In this document: positions 63,654-64,000 of the stretch, in pieces | Layout: every line of letters starts with the position of its first letter | How positions within the stretch are numbered: position 1 is the first letter of the stretch | Source: Octopus sinensis | Lineage: Eukaryota | Assembly: GCF_006345805.1 (NCBI RefSeq) | Contig: NC_043002.1 | Coordinates: forward strand, 103,416,001-103,480,000 | DNA length: 64,000 nt | Direction: 5' to 3' | Position numbers and translations under genes: made by a program | The notes under the pieces: generated by a model | The model's database searches: none | What the model was told of the DNA's origin: nothing | The model's input: only the letters and a program-made list of their open reading frames with translations

Positions 63654-64000
63654 TATATAATATATATTATATATATATATATATAATATATATATATATT
63701 ATAGATATATATATATATAATATATTATATATATATATATTATTCGCAGAGAGAGAGAGAAAGAAAGAGAGAGAGAAAGATACATATACATGAATATATA
63801 CACACAAGACCAAGATGAATACGTGTTTGAGTGTGTGTGTGGGACGGTTGCGTATGTTTTTTAGTGTCCGAGTGTCCGTGTGTCCGTGTGTCTGTGCCTC
63901 TGTGTTTGTCTTCTTGTCTGTGTCTGCATATGTGTCGAATTTCATACAGTTTGAATTTCTGTTAAAGATGTATAATTTACGGAGATTGAAACTACTGGGT

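Noticed and set aside
218-63945. Dozens of short ORFs rich in YI, CV, HT and LSIY repeats
   Set aside because: They are translations of (TA)n, (TG)n, (CA)n and (GATA)n microsatellites, with no protein-like complexity.

Overview
AT-rich, microsatellite-saturated eukaryotic intergenic or intronic DNA. The SINE families and (TA)n/(CA)n density suggest an octopus/cephalopod genome (inference from recalled repeat families, not a search). I found no host protein-coding exon I can support; nearly all short ORFs in the track are translated microsatellites. The main object is a ~6.7-kb composite at 34532-41200 inserted in (TA)n. It holds a full-length Tx1/L1-clade LINE on the minus strand (35394-40680; ORF1 with a CCHC knuckle, ORF2 APE-RT-CCHC). 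The LINE sits, with a 13-bp target-site duplication, inside a 476-bp repeat unit that carries a type I hammerhead ribozyme (retrozyme/Penelope-pLTR-like). The whole is bracketed by 677-bp near-perfect inverted arms, each with an outward-facing hammerhead. A second, LINE-free retrozyme-like element (6375-6916) has the same layout and a U3-A8 compensated hammerhead. At least nine more hammerhead-like motifs occur, including a U4C pair with stem III covariation and a pyrimidine-at-position-6 family. Also present are GIY-YIG remnants of three Penelope-like families, CR1/L2-like and REL-type LINE remnants, a mariner-derived foldback, many tRNA-derived SINEs and several palindromes. All alignments and folds were done by eye; no ribozyme activity or family assignment has been computed.
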